A stretch of DNA of 64,000 nucleotides, from assembly GCA_018897295.1 (NCBI GenBank), contig JAHILA010000009.1, forward strand, positions 3,154 through 67,153. Reading direction: 5' to 3'. Positions 17,923 through 27,332 of the stretch are shown here, one piece after another. Both the position numbers and the translations under genes were made by a program. This DNA comes from Patescibacteria group bacterium. GTDB taxonomy: Bacteria; Patescibacteriota; Minisyncoccia; RBG-13-40-8-A. A model generated the notes under the pieces. The model saw nothing but the letters and a program-made list of their open reading frames with translations, did not search any database and was not told where the DNA came from. The first letter of the stretch is position 1. Each line of letters begins with the position of its first letter.

Positions 17923-18790
17923 TAATAACTTCTTCCAATAGCTCTTTATTTATATTTTTACTAAACTCAAAAATTATGTCTCCGTCTTTTTCTTTTTTAT
18001 AGTCAATCCAAATCTCTGGGATTCCTGGCTTTCTGTTTAATATTTTGATATCAAATCCCTCAGTAAAATCAAATCCTTGATTATCTAAAGCTTTAATAAA
18101 TTCATCTCTTTCTTCTCTGTCTTTAGTTTTATCAATGATTTTTGCTAGAAATGATTCGGTAACACCCAAATGCGAAGCTAAAAATCGTTCTAAGGTATCC
18201 GAATATTTTTTCTCTTTATCTTGCACTAATACATCCCATTTAGGCGCAATGTTTAAATATTTTAAAATAATTCCAGATATTTTTGCTGCGGCCTTAGAAT
18301 AAGTAAGGTTTTCATTATCATTCAACTTTTCAGCCAGTTTATCGCTTTGCTCAACAATAAATTTTAACCCCTCGCTTTTTTTAAAAGCTGAAAAAACTTC
18401 TTGGACATATTTAGAATCCCAATCTCCTACAGGAAAATCTAATCTTTCGTCCACGGCTATTTTAGAGCCAACCTTTATCTTCTTATCCAGTTTTTCCTTT
18501 AATCCCTCTAATGATTCTTTTCCTGTAATTTCTTCTTGCTTTCCAGCCATTACAAAACCAGCAGTTTCTTGGGCTCTTTTCCTGGGGCTGCCAAAAGCCA
18601 CGGCTTGTTCTATGTCTTGTATTTTGCTTTTTTTAATTGCTTGCTCTCTGCCAGTTGCTGTTAGTCTACGCTCGAAATCACTTTTCTCCTTATTTCCTGG
18701 TTCTTGTTCGGCATGGCGAAAAAATTTTAAAACAATCCGGGAAGTAAATCTTTCCGGTGATTTTTCTTTTTCAAAATTAAAGTTATTCAT
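17909..18790 (-). CDS. Histidine phosphatase superfamily protein (SixA/PGAM-like)
   Basis: RHAEQE (RHGE-type) catalytic motif near the N-terminus, followed by LTATGREQA. Its 3' end overlaps the next gene by 14 nt, indicating an operon. Confidence 0.45.
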   Translation of the reverse strand: MNNFNFEKEKSPERFTSRIVLKFFRHAEQEPGNKEKSDFERRLTATGREQAIKKSKIQDIEQAVAFGSPRKRAQETAGFVMAGKQEEITGKESLEGLKEKLDKKIKVGSKIAVDERLDFPVGDWDSKYVQEVFSAFKKSEGLKFIVEQSDKLAEKLNDNENLTYSKAAAKISGIILKYLNIAPKWDVLVQDKEKKYSDTLERFLASHLGVTESFLAKIIDKTKDREERDEFIKALDNQGFDFTEGFDIKILNRKPGIPEIWIDYKKEKDGDIIFEFSKNINKELLEEVINEGR

Positions 18791-18848
18791 ATTTTTATTA
18801 GATTTATATTGATTAGTTAATTATCCTTAATTATTAAAAATTTTTATT

Positions 18849-20531
18849 CTACACCTCAATTATCACTGGCAAAACCATTGGTCTTCTGCGGGTTTTGCTG
18901 TATAAAAACTGGCCTATTTTATCCCGTAAATTATCTTTGACATACACCCAATTAATCGGCACTCCAGCAACAGTTGTATGCTCAACGATTTCTTTAACTT
19001 TCTTACGCGCCTCAGCCAATAATTCTTTTGATTCCTTCATATAAATAAATCCTCGGGAAATTATGTCGGGGCTATTTTTAACTTTGCCGGTTTGCCTGTC
19101 AATTGTGGCTATAATCACAAACATCCCATCTTCAGCCATTGTCTGGCGGTCACGCAAAACAATGTGGCCAATGTCGCCAATGCCCAATCCATCCACAAAA
19201 ACATAATTAGTGTCGGCTTTTTTGTTTAAAATTTTAGCTCTTTTGTTTTGGAATTCAATTATTGAACCATTATCCAGAACGAATATTTTTTCCTTAGGAA
19301 TCCCGACTTGCATTGCCAGTTTTGCTGCTTCTTTCAGGAAATAATGATTGGCATAAACCGGCAAAAAGAAATCCGGTTTGATTTGTTTTATTATTTCTTT
19401 AATACTTTCAGCATTGGAATGTCCGCTAATATGAACATCCATTATATTATTATGTACAACATTATCGCACTTGCGATAAAGCCCGTCTTTTAATCGTTGA
19501 ATTGTTCTTTCGTTTCCAGGAATTACTGATGATGAAAAAATTATTGTATCATTTTTCTTAACACGGATAAATCTATGTTCGTTGGTGATTATACGCGATA
19601 AAACTGCATTACCTTCACCCTGCGCCCCGGTACAAATAACTATAATCTTGTTTTCTGGATATTTGCGGATGTCATTCACAGGAATCAATACTCCTTCACC
19701 AGTTTTTATATATCCCAATTTTTGGGCTATCTCAATATTCATTTTCATGCTATAGCCGTCAAGAATAACCTTTTTACCGATTCCTCTGACATATTCAATA
19801 ATATGGCCGATTCTTTTTATCTGGGAAGAAAAAGTGCCGATAATTACTTTGCCCGTCGCCTCCTTGATGAGTTTTTCCAAATTGGCGTTCATATCCTTTT
19901 CTGAAACCAATTCACGATTGGTATCAAGCGATCCTAAGCTTTCAAGCATCAAAATTCTTGGTTTTGGCAATAAAGACAAATGGTTATAGGTAATTGCCTG
20001 CTGATTGTCTGATTTTTTCTCCATTGTCCAATCACCCGGATGAATCACTGTTCCGTCCGGTGTATTAATCACAACGCCAACTGCATCCATAATTGAGTGC
20101 TCCACATTAAAGAAACTAATTTTAAATCTGCCTAAATTAAGCCGGTCATTAACTGATTTAATTTTTATTGTTTTCAGATGTTTTATTGATTCCTTGGAAT
20201 ACTCCTCCATCCTTCTTTCAATCATGGCAATGGTCAAGTCCCTGCCAATAATCGGCGGGAAGCCAAGCTTCTTCAAAAGCAGGGGAGCTGCGCCAATGTG
20301 GTCAAGATGTCCGTGGCTGAAAATTACTCCGCGGATATTTTTTTCTCTACCTTTTAAATAGTTGACATTAGGAATTATAAAATCGATACCTGGCATGTTT
20401 TCTTCCGGAAATTGAATGCCCATATCCAAAATAACAATATCATCGCCATATTCAAAAACAGTCATATTTCTGCCAACTTCTTCCATCCCGCCAAGCGGGA
20501 TAATTCTTAATTTGTTTTTTTGTTTTTCCAT
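18849..20531 (-). CDS. rnj: Ribonuclease J (metallo-beta-lactamase/beta-CASP)
   Basis: HxHxDH motif IFSHGHLDHIG and beta-CASP region. 560 aa. Confidence 0.85.
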   Translation of the reverse strand: MEKQKNKLRIIPLGGMEEVGRNMTVFEYGDDIVILDMGIQFPEENMPGIDFIIPNVNYLKGREKNIRGVIFSHGHLDHIGAAPLLLKKLGFPPIIGRDLTIAMIERRMEEYSKESIKHLKTIKIKSVNDRLNLGRFKISFFNVEHSIMDAVGVVINTPDGTVIHPGDWTMEKKSDNQQAITYNHLSLLPKPRILMLESLGSLDTNRELVSEKDMNANLEKLIKEATGKVIIGTFSSQIKRIGHIIEYVRGIGKKVILDGYSMKMNIEIAQKLGYIKTGEGVLIPVNDIRKYPENKIIVICTGAQGEGNAVLSRIITNEHRFIRVKKNDTIIFSSSVIPGNERTIQRLKDGLYRKCDNVVHNNIMDVHISGHSNAESIKEIIKQIKPDFFLPVYANHYFLKEAAKLAMQVGIPKEKIFVLDNGSIIEFQNKRAKILNKKADTNYVFVDGLGIGDIGHIVLRDRQTMAEDGMFVIIATIDRQTGKVKNSPDIISRGFIYMKESKELLAEARKKVKEIVEHTTVAGVPINWVYVKDNLRDKIGQFLYSKTRRRPMVLPVIIEV

Positions 20532-20579
20532 TTTATTTTAATAAGTTTAAAAATTAATTTCTTAATGAATCGGGCTGTA

Positions 20580-22409
20580 TTATTCTACAGTCACTGATTT
20601 AGCTAAATTTCTCGGTTTATCTACGTCTAACCCCTTCAAAACACTACAATAATAAGCGAAAAGCTGTAAAGGCACAACGGACAAAATCGGCGTTAACATT
20701 TCTAAGGTTTTGGGAATATAAATTACATCTTTGGTTAATTTTTTAATTTTTTCATTGCCTTCGGTTGCTAATACTAAAATCGGACCGCCCCGGGCTTTAA
20801 TTTCCTCTAAGTTGGAAATCATTTTTTCATAAACGCTGTCTGAAAAAGCAAGACCAAAAGTAGGAAAATTTTTATCAATTAAAGCCAAGGGTCCGTGTTT
20901 CATCTCACCAGCTCCGTAACCCTCGGCATGAATGTAAGAAATTTCTTTAAGTTTCAAAGCTCCTTCTAGGGCAATCGGATAATTATATTTCCGACCGAGA
21001 AAGAGAAAATTTTTAGACCGATAATATTTTTTAGCCAATTTTTTGACGAGTGGCGCTTGTTTCAAAATTTTTTCCACCAAATCCGGCAGATACTTCATTT
21101 CTTCCGTAATTCGTTGTCCCATAACCAAAGACATTTGTCTTTGTCTGCCTAAAAACAAGGTTAATAGAGCCAAGATATAAAGCTGAGAAGTAAAAGCTTT
21201 GGTTGAAGCAACTGCCGTTTCCAAACCAATATGATTATAAATACCAGCGTCAGTTTCCCGGCTAATGGTTGAGCCGACCACATTAACAATTCCCAAAGTT
21301 AAGATTCCTTTTCTTTTAACTTCCTTTAAAGCAGCCAAGGTGTCAGCTGTCTCGCCAGATTGAGAAATACAGAGCAAGGCCGTTTTTTTGTTTAAAATCG
21401 GTTTGCGATAACGGAATTCAGAAGAAAATTCTACTTCCACCGGTATTCCCGCATACTCTTCTAACATATATTCACTCACCAACCCGGCGAAATAAGCTGT
21501 GCCACAAGCCACAATAATTAATCGTTCAATTTCCCTTAGTCTATCTTGAATATTTTCTAAACCGCCTAATTTAGCTAAACCTTCTTTTTCAATTAAGCGA
21601 CCGGCCATTGAATTTCTTAAGGCTTCGGGCTGCTCAAAAATTTCTTTTAACATAAAATGAGGATAGCCAGCTTTTTGGGCTTTTTCTAAATCCCACTCTA
21701 AAACTTCGGTTTTTTTCAACAAATTTTCCCGAGCTAAATTGGTAAAATTCATTCCTTTCGGAGTAATTATGGCAATTTCCCCATCGTTTAAATAAACAAC
21801 TTTTTTGGTATGAGCCAAAATTGCCGAAGCATCAGATGCCACGATACTTTCGCCATCGCTGACCCCGATTAAAATCGGTGAAGACATCCTAGCCGCTACG
21901 ATTTTTTCCGGATCATCTCTGGAAATAACGGCTAAACCGTAGGTGCCCTTAATAAGTTTTAAAGCCCTGATAACCGCTTCTTCCAAATTGCCCCGAAAAA
22001 ATTTTTCAATTAAATGGGCTAAAACTTCGGTATCGGTTTCGGATAAAAATTTATGACCCTCTTTAATTAATTTTTCTTTCAATTCTCGGTAATTTTCAAT
22101 AATCCCGTTATGAACCAAAAAAATATTTTTTTGACAATCCCAGTGGGGATGAGCGTTTTCTTTGGTCACGCTACCATGAGTTGCCCACCTAGTATGACCG
22201 ATACCCCAACAACCTTTTGGTTTTTTCTTTTCGGTCAAATTGATCAAATTGTCAATCTTACCCATTGTTTTTAGGGTGATAATTTTATTATTTTCACTGC
22301 CTACGCTTAAGCCGGCCGAATCATAACCTCGGTATTCCAAACGTTTTAAGCCATCTAAAATTAAAGAAGTGGCTTCTTTTTTGCCTAAATAACCAATAAT
22401 CCCACACAT
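20580..22409 (-). CDS. glmS: Glutamine--fructose-6-phosphate aminotransferase (true start MCGIIGY)
   Basis: Catalytic Cys after the initiator Met, two SIS domains, C-terminus ...KPRNLAKSVTVE. Confidence 0.9.
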   Translation of the reverse strand: MCGIIGYLGKKEATSLILDGLKRLEYRGYDSAGLSVGSENNKIITLKTMGKIDNLINLTEKKKPKGCWGIGHTRWATHGSVTKENAHPHWDCQKNIFLVHNGIIENYRELKEKLIKEGHKFLSETDTEVLAHLIEKFFRGNLEEAVIRALKLIKGTYGLAVISRDDPEKIVAARMSSPILIGVSDGESIVASDASAILAHTKKVVYLNDGEIAIITPKGMNFTNLARENLLKKTEVLEWDLEKAQKAGYPHFMLKEIFEQPEALRNSMAGRLIEKEGLAKLGGLENIQDRLREIERLIIVACGTAYFAGLVSEYMLEEYAGIPVEVEFSSEFRYRKPILNKKTALLCISQSGETADTLAALKEVKRKGILTLGIVNVVGSTISRETDAGIYNHIGLETAVASTKAFTSQLYILALLTLFLGRQRQMSLVMGQRITEEMKYLPDLVEKILKQAPLVKKLAKKYYRSKNFLFLGRKYNYPIALEGALKLKEISYIHAEGYGAGEMKHGPLALIDKNFPTFGLAFSDSVYEKMISNLEEIKARGGPILVLATEGNEKIKKLTKDVIYIPKTLEMLTPILSVVPLQLFAYYCSVLKGLDVDKPRNLAKSVTVE

Positions 22410-22429
22410 ATAGTAAAAATTTATCAATC

Positions 22430-22572
22430 GGGGCACCCACGGGGCACCCAGATTCGAACTGGGACTACTGACTCCCCGCCTGCCAACGCCTGAGCTTTTC
22501 GGACTGCCGAGATTTGCACTCGGGCTAAATCCTCCCGAAGGACTCGTGCTACTATTACACTACAGCCCGGAT
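22430..22572 (-). other. tRNA-like structured element or remnant in the glmS 5' region
   Basis: Minus strand shows a D-arm-like TAGTGTAATAGTAGCAC, an anticodon-like stem-loop AGTCC-TTCGGGA-GGATT (CGG), and a canonical T-arm CCCAG-TTCGAAT-CTGGG. The acceptor strands (CGGGCTG vs TGCCCCG) do not pair. About 60 nt of GC hairpins sit between the anticodon arm and T-arm. An 11-bp tandem duplication GGGTGCCCCGT occurs at the 3' end. Confidence 0.4.
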
Positions 22573-22573
22573 T

Positions 22574-24256
22574 TTATTTTTTATTTAAAAAATCCGATAT
22601 TTTTTGGAGGATTTCATTAGGTTTACAATTTTGCTTTATCCATTTTTTTGCTTTTTGTTCATTCATCGATTCATCATCATATAATCCTAACACTTTTTTT
22701 GCTAATTCTTCGTTAACCCTGTAAAAAGCTTCAAGGTCTTTAATTTTAACGCTACCGGTTTTAAAATTAAACTCAATTATTCCCTTTTCAAACATTTCAT
22801 TCAGAGTATAAATTCCTGCGGAATAATAAGGATCTTTTTCAGAACTATCAAATAGATATTCTAAAGAAGTTTCTATTGTCGCTACTGCCCATTCCTCTTT
22901 CGTTCCACCAATGCCGCCTTTTTCAATTATTCGCGGAAGCAACCACCTGTAAACTTGCTCTGCTGCTAGTTCATCAATAACCATATTATTTTCTGCGCCC
23001 ATTCTTATAACACCTGGATCGTCTGGTTTATGAAAATGGCCGAATTCGTGAAATCCGGTGAGAAAAAATGATTTTTCTAAATTATATGGTTCTCCAGAGT
23101 TTTCAACTTTAAAATTTTTATCTTTAGCCATTTTGTTGAAAAATTTTGCATGTTCGCCAAGATAAATAACAGCCGTAGACTCGTCCTCTTGCGCAATTCC
23201 TTTCATGAATAAATTAACACCATAATCACCAATAGAATTAACGAATTTAACTTTTTTCCCTACGGTATGATATCCCTCTTCTTCAAGACATTCTGCCATG
23301 ATTTTTTGACTATATGAAATATCTTTTTCTCTTTGAATATTTTCTTGGTCTTGGATTTTTAAACAAATTCTCAATTCCGGATCATGGTAAGGCGGCTTTA
23401 AATATCCCGATTCATATGAAGATGGAACTATTAAAATGGGAAAGTCGGATAGAATAGATTTACCGTAAAGTTCAACAACCTCTTCGTGGCGTTTATCTAT
23501 TTTATTAACATCTCGTTCATTATAAAAATTAATTAAAGCTTTTATATAATCTTTAAAAATATTTCCTCCCTGTATTTTTTCCCAATTTATCGGCATTTGT
23601 AAAATTTCTTCAAATTTTCTAGAAATATACTGAGTATCTTTGGGAAATAATTCATTAATGGTGTGTAGTTGTTTATCGTCCGGTAAATAAAGACGGTTTG
23701 TAGATGTTTCTTTTGGTGGTTTCTGAGATAATCCAGAAAACGCTAAAAAACGAATAAAAAGATTATCGGTTCTCATAGAGGCATCTATTGTTTTTAAAAC
23801 TACCTCTCTTAACTCTGAATTTAATCCCAGTTTTTTAAGTTCTTCTTCTTCAGCACTAGATATTATCTCTTGGTAAATTTTTGTTTCTATATGCTTAACA
23901 ACATGTGCAGCAATAGCTATTAAAACTTCTCTTCTCTGACCCCTTATCTCCGGCATGCTCTCTGGCCAATTATTTACAATTGCATCAATTATTTTTTCGT
24001 TCGGAAGTTTCTCCATAGAGAGTGTCTCATTTTTGAAAGAAATTACTTTATCGTTTATATGTTCTGATACAAGTTTCTGGACATTATTAAAAAGCTCTAA
24101 AGAATTTTCCCACTTCCCGATTTTTTCGGGTATGTTTTTCTTAAAATCAATATAACCCTCAAGCAATCCGAGTGTATTATAAATATTTTTGAGTTTTGGT
24201 TTCGACTCAATTAATTTTTCTTGTTTTGCTTCTATTTTCGGTTCTTTTTCTATCAT
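22574..24256 (-). CDS. Hypothetical protein with HEXXH zincin-like motif
   Basis: FHEFGH motif. No other recognisable domains. 560 aa. Confidence 0.4.
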   Translation of the reverse strand: MIEKEPKIEAKQEKLIESKPKLKNIYNTLGLLEGYIDFKKNIPEKIGKWENSLELFNNVQKLVSEHINDKVISFKNETLSMEKLPNEKIIDAIVNNWPESMPEIRGQRREVLIAIAAHVVKHIETKIYQEIISSAEEEELKKLGLNSELREVVLKTIDASMRTDNLFIRFLAFSGLSQKPPKETSTNRLYLPDDKQLHTINELFPKDTQYISRKFEEILQMPINWEKIQGGNIFKDYIKALINFYNERDVNKIDKRHEEVVELYGKSILSDFPILIVPSSYESGYLKPPYHDPELRICLKIQDQENIQREKDISYSQKIMAECLEEEGYHTVGKKVKFVNSIGDYGVNLFMKGIAQEDESTAVIYLGEHAKFFNKMAKDKNFKVENSGEPYNLEKSFFLTGFHEFGHFHKPDDPGVIRMGAENNMVIDELAAEQVYRWLLPRIIEKGGIGGTKEEWAVATIETSLEYLFDSSEKDPYYSAGIYTLNEMFEKGIIEFNFKTGSVKIKDLEAFYRVNEELAKKVLGLYDDESMNEQKAKKWIKQNCKPNEILQKISDFLNKK

Positions 24257-24260
24257 AATT

Positions 24261-25721
24261 TTATTTTATCCAATGTTTTTCTCTGATTTTTAAATCCTCT
24301 TCTTCTTTTTTTTCTTCAATCTTCCCTCTGGCCAATTTACGCAAAACTTCGAGATTTTGTTCGTTTAATTCTTTAACCCTGTTTTCCAAGTATTTTTTAT
24401 TATTCTTTTTCGGGTCTTCGATTACCTCTGCCAATAAAACATCCAAAATCGCGCCAACCTTGGGACTGGGCTGGATTGATAATAATTTCATTATATCATT
24501 GCCATTGATTTTCAACATCTTGACGGAAATCGGATCTTTGGAAACTTTTTCAATCATATATTCAATTGTTCTTAAGCGATACGGTTTTTCTTTTGGCCTG
24601 CCCATTCCAAGACGATCCGCCACCCTTAAATTAATTAAATCACTAATATTTTCTGTGCCGACTCTTTTAATTAATCTCCTCGCGCCAGCGTCGGTCAGCC
24701 GTTCCGGGTCTGAAACAAACATATGATTTTTAACCAGCAAAACCACTTTATCAATAAATTTATTCGGAAATTTTAATCTTTGTAAAATCTTAAAAGTGAA
24801 TTTAGCGCCAATATAATCGTGATTGTAAAAAGTAGAATCAGGGCCTTCGCCTGCTTTTGCCACTGGTTTGCCGATATCATGAAATAATGCAGCGACTTTT
24901 ACTTCTAAATTGAATTTCTTTTTCGAGGCCTCGTCCAAAGAGCGCATTGAATGCTCATAAATATCATAAATATGATGTTTGTTCTGGCTTACGCCCACGC
25001 CTTTTTCTAGTTCCAGTAGAATATATTTCAATAAATTTGCCTGTCTTAATAAATCAATTCCGTGGGCTGCTTTTTCGGTTTCAAAAATCTTAATTAATTC
25101 ATCCCTAATTCTTTCGTTGGAAATCATCTGAATCCAATCGGCATTTTTCTGAATTGCTTTAAAAGTTTTTTCTTCAACAGAGAAACCCAGGGTGCAAGCG
25201 AAGCGCACTGCTCTTAACATTCTTAATGCATCCTCGCTAAATCTTTCATCTGCTTTGCCCACGGTGCGAATAATTTTATTCTTCAAATCCTTTTGTCCGT
25301 CAAAATAATCAACAATCTTTTTATCTTTGTTTAATGCAAGCGCATTAATTGTAAAATCTCTCCTGCCCAAATCTTCTTCTAATGTTTTGGCAAAAGTTAT
25401 TTCATCCGGATGGCGCTTATCAGAGTATTTACCTTCCAGTCTGAATGGCGTGATTTCAACAACTTTTAAAGTTTCATCTTTGGCATTGGTAATCACGCTC
25501 ACTGTGCCGAATTTATTTTCATAAAAATTCTTGGGAAATAATTTCCTGATTTGTTCTGGTTTAGCATTGGTAGTAATGTCCCAATCTTTTGGCTTTTGAC
25601 CCAATAATAAATCCCTGACACACCCGCCAACAATATACACTTCGAAGCCCTGCCTCGACCCAGAGGGGCGGGTTTTCTCCAATTTTTCCAATATTAAATT
25701 AACTTCTTTTGGAATTATCAC
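24261..25721 (-). CDS. cca: CCA-adding tRNA nucleotidyltransferase with HD domain
   Basis: Pol-beta NT motif IVGGCVRDLLLG..DWD. HD motif HDIGKP. Confidence 0.85.
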   Translation of the reverse strand: MIIPKEVNLILEKLEKTRPSGSRQGFEVYIVGGCVRDLLLGQKPKDWDITTNAKPEQIRKLFPKNFYENKFGTVSVITNAKDETLKVVEITPFRLEGKYSDKRHPDEITFAKTLEEDLGRRDFTINALALNKDKKIVDYFDGQKDLKNKIIRTVGKADERFSEDALRMLRAVRFACTLGFSVEEKTFKAIQKNADWIQMISNERIRDELIKIFETEKAAHGIDLLRQANLLKYILLELEKGVGVSQNKHHIYDIYEHSMRSLDEASKKKFNLEVKVAALFHDIGKPVAKAGEGPDSTFYNHDYIGAKFTFKILQRLKFPNKFIDKVVLLVKNHMFVSDPERLTDAGARRLIKRVGTENISDLINLRVADRLGMGRPKEKPYRLRTIEYMIEKVSKDPISVKMLKINGNDIMKLLSIQPSPKVGAILDVLLAEVIEDPKKNNKKYLENRVKELNEQNLEVLRKLARGKIEEKKEEEDLKIREKHWIK

Positions 25722-25758
25722 AATATTTTTTATAAACTACTTTAAAATATTTTTCAAG

Positions 25759-25803
25759 TTATCCACAGAACAACCTTGACATTAATCTTTTTGATGATAT
25801 ACT
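25759..25803 (+). promoter_or_regulatory. Sigma70-type promoter (TTGACA-N16-TATACT) preceded by a DnaA-box 9-mer TTATCCACA
   Basis: TTATCCACA at 25759-25767. TTGACA at 25776-25781. TATACT at 25798-25803. Confidence 0.55.
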
Positions 25804-25887
25804 GATAATGCAGTCGCAAGATTGCCCTGCTCGCGGATGCGAGTCCGAGATTTAAACTTCGCCTTTCAAAGGCGAGGTTTTGTTTTT
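25804..25887 (+). ncRNA. Candidate small RNA of about 80 nt with its own promoter and intrinsic terminator (it also contains a 15-codon ORF MQSQDCPARGCESEI)
   Basis: The promoter sits immediately upstream. GC-rich hairpins (CTCGC-GGAT-GCGAG, CGCCTTT..AAAGGCG) are followed by GGTTTTGTTTTT. The element is convergent with the NYN gene, whose stop codon lies inside the terminator stem. Confidence 0.4.
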
Positions 25888-26516
25888 ATAAAAGTAATGC
25901 TCTTTTTTACTCTTTGAGCATTAATATTTAAATCTGCTCTTTCTTTGAGATAATGCGTGATATATCCAGCACTAAATAAAATCACCTTTTTCCCTTTTCT
26001 TCTTAAAAAATTTAACAAATAAGCAAAATCTGCATCACTAGAAAATAAACAAAACGTATCATAATCATTCAGAAATCTTATTGCATCAATACAAATTTCA
26101 GTGTCAAAATTACACTTTGGAATATAAATATATCTACCTTTATTATCTTGACTTATATATCTTGTTGTATTTTTTTCTTCTAAAGAGTCTAAATAATGTT
26201 TAATTCTTTGAATTGGTTTAGTAACTGTTTTATTAAAATATTGTCTCGCCTTACTAATAATTTTAATAGATTTTGGGTTTTTTGGATCCAAACCGAAATA
26301 AAATCTTTTATGTTCTGAAAATAAATTTATAAAACTTGCTAATTTTTCTATATCAACTACTAATTTTTTATCTTGCGGTAAAATATTGTCATCACCATCT
26401 CTCTCGTCTCTCTCATACCAATAATTTACGTTCCCAAAATCAACAAAACTATAAATCTTGCCAAATTTATTTTTATCTATTTTTAAGTTTTCTAACTTAA
26501 ACTCTTGTAAGTCCAT
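25866..26516 (-). CDS. NYN-domain (LabA/DUF88-like) protein
   Basis: VDFGNV ... FCLFSSDADF ... KVILFS motifs typical of NYN/LabA. Confidence 0.6.
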   Translation of the reverse strand: MDLQEFKLENLKIDKNKFGKIYSFVDFGNVNYWYERDERDGDDNILPQDKKLVVDIEKLASFINLFSEHKRFYFGLDPKNPKSIKIISKARQYFNKTVTKPIQRIKHYLDSLEEKNTTRYISQDNKGRYIYIPKCNFDTEICIDAIRFLNDYDTFCLFSSDADFAYLLNFLRRKGKKVILFSAGYITHYLKERADLNINAQRVKKSITFIKTKPRL

Positions 26517-26589
26517 TCTTATTTAAACTATAGCTTAAAGACCGACTTTTAGCAATAAAAAGAATGCCTTTCGCAGCTGCGAGAGGCAT

Positions 26590-27240
26590 TCAGCGTGAAA
26601 ATGGATAATCTTTGTTTGAAACTTTGGAAATAGCCCACATAATAGTGTTGGTAGTTGCATCTACGGATTTGTCCAAAGAGGTAAGAAAAAAACCAGGATC
26701 AAAAACGACTCTTTTCTCTTCGCTCCGAAGCTTATGAAACTCCCTGAAGCTAAAAGCCGGAATACCGAAACAGCCGGTTGGAATGATTTCTTTCGCAGAA
26801 AGCAGTGCCATAATTGAAACTCCTCGACGTCCTCTTAAGAGTTGTTTTTCGGCATTCTGACGACCCTCGGGAAAAATAACGACAATATGTCCTTGTCCCA
26901 ATAATTCAACTGCCCTGGTTAGACCCGCGCAATTGGCCGGCAGATAACCGATTCTTTCATCCAGTACATTAACAAGAACAGTAGCAATGGAATAGCGAAG
27001 AATTCTGTGCTTTATTCTTGTGCTTCCCAAGAAATACATTTTTTTCATTCGGGGATTGAAATAGCGCCGCAGAAAATTTCTTAAAACAGTGATAATAATT
27101 AACGGATCATAGGCTGTCCCATGATTGGCAGCAATGATAAATCCGTCGTTTCTCGGCAAGTTTTCTAGTCCCTTTACTTCGGCAGCCTGATTTTTGAAAA
27201 GAAAATAGATTATCCAATGAATAACTTTATAAAAGAACAT
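26590..27240 (-). CDS. plsC: 1-acyl-sn-glycerol-3-phosphate acyltransferase
   Basis: NHGTAYD (HX4D) and FPEGRQ motifs. Confidence 0.75.
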   Translation of the reverse strand: MFFYKVIHWIIYFLFKNQAAEVKGLENLPRNDGFIIAANHGTAYDPLIIITVLRNFLRRYFNPRMKKMYFLGSTRIKHRILRYSIATVLVNVLDERIGYLPANCAGLTRAVELLGQGHIVVIFPEGRQNAEKQLLRGRRGVSIMALLSAKEIIPTGCFGIPAFSFREFHKLRSEEKRVVFDPGFFLTSLDKSVDATTNTIMWAISKVSNKDYPFSR

Positions 27241-27332
27241 TTTTCACCTCCTTCCCAATACCCAACTTCGGTCTGGAACCAAATTTTTGAAGGTAAATTT
27301 GGGTCTTTTCCGAAGTTTTACTTGACCCGTCT

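Noticed and set aside
22410-22572. glmS ribozyme in the glmS 5' UTR
   Set aside because: I could not find the conserved glmS-ribozyme core. The element instead shows tRNA-like arms. It is kept as a tRNA-like remnant, not called a ribozyme.
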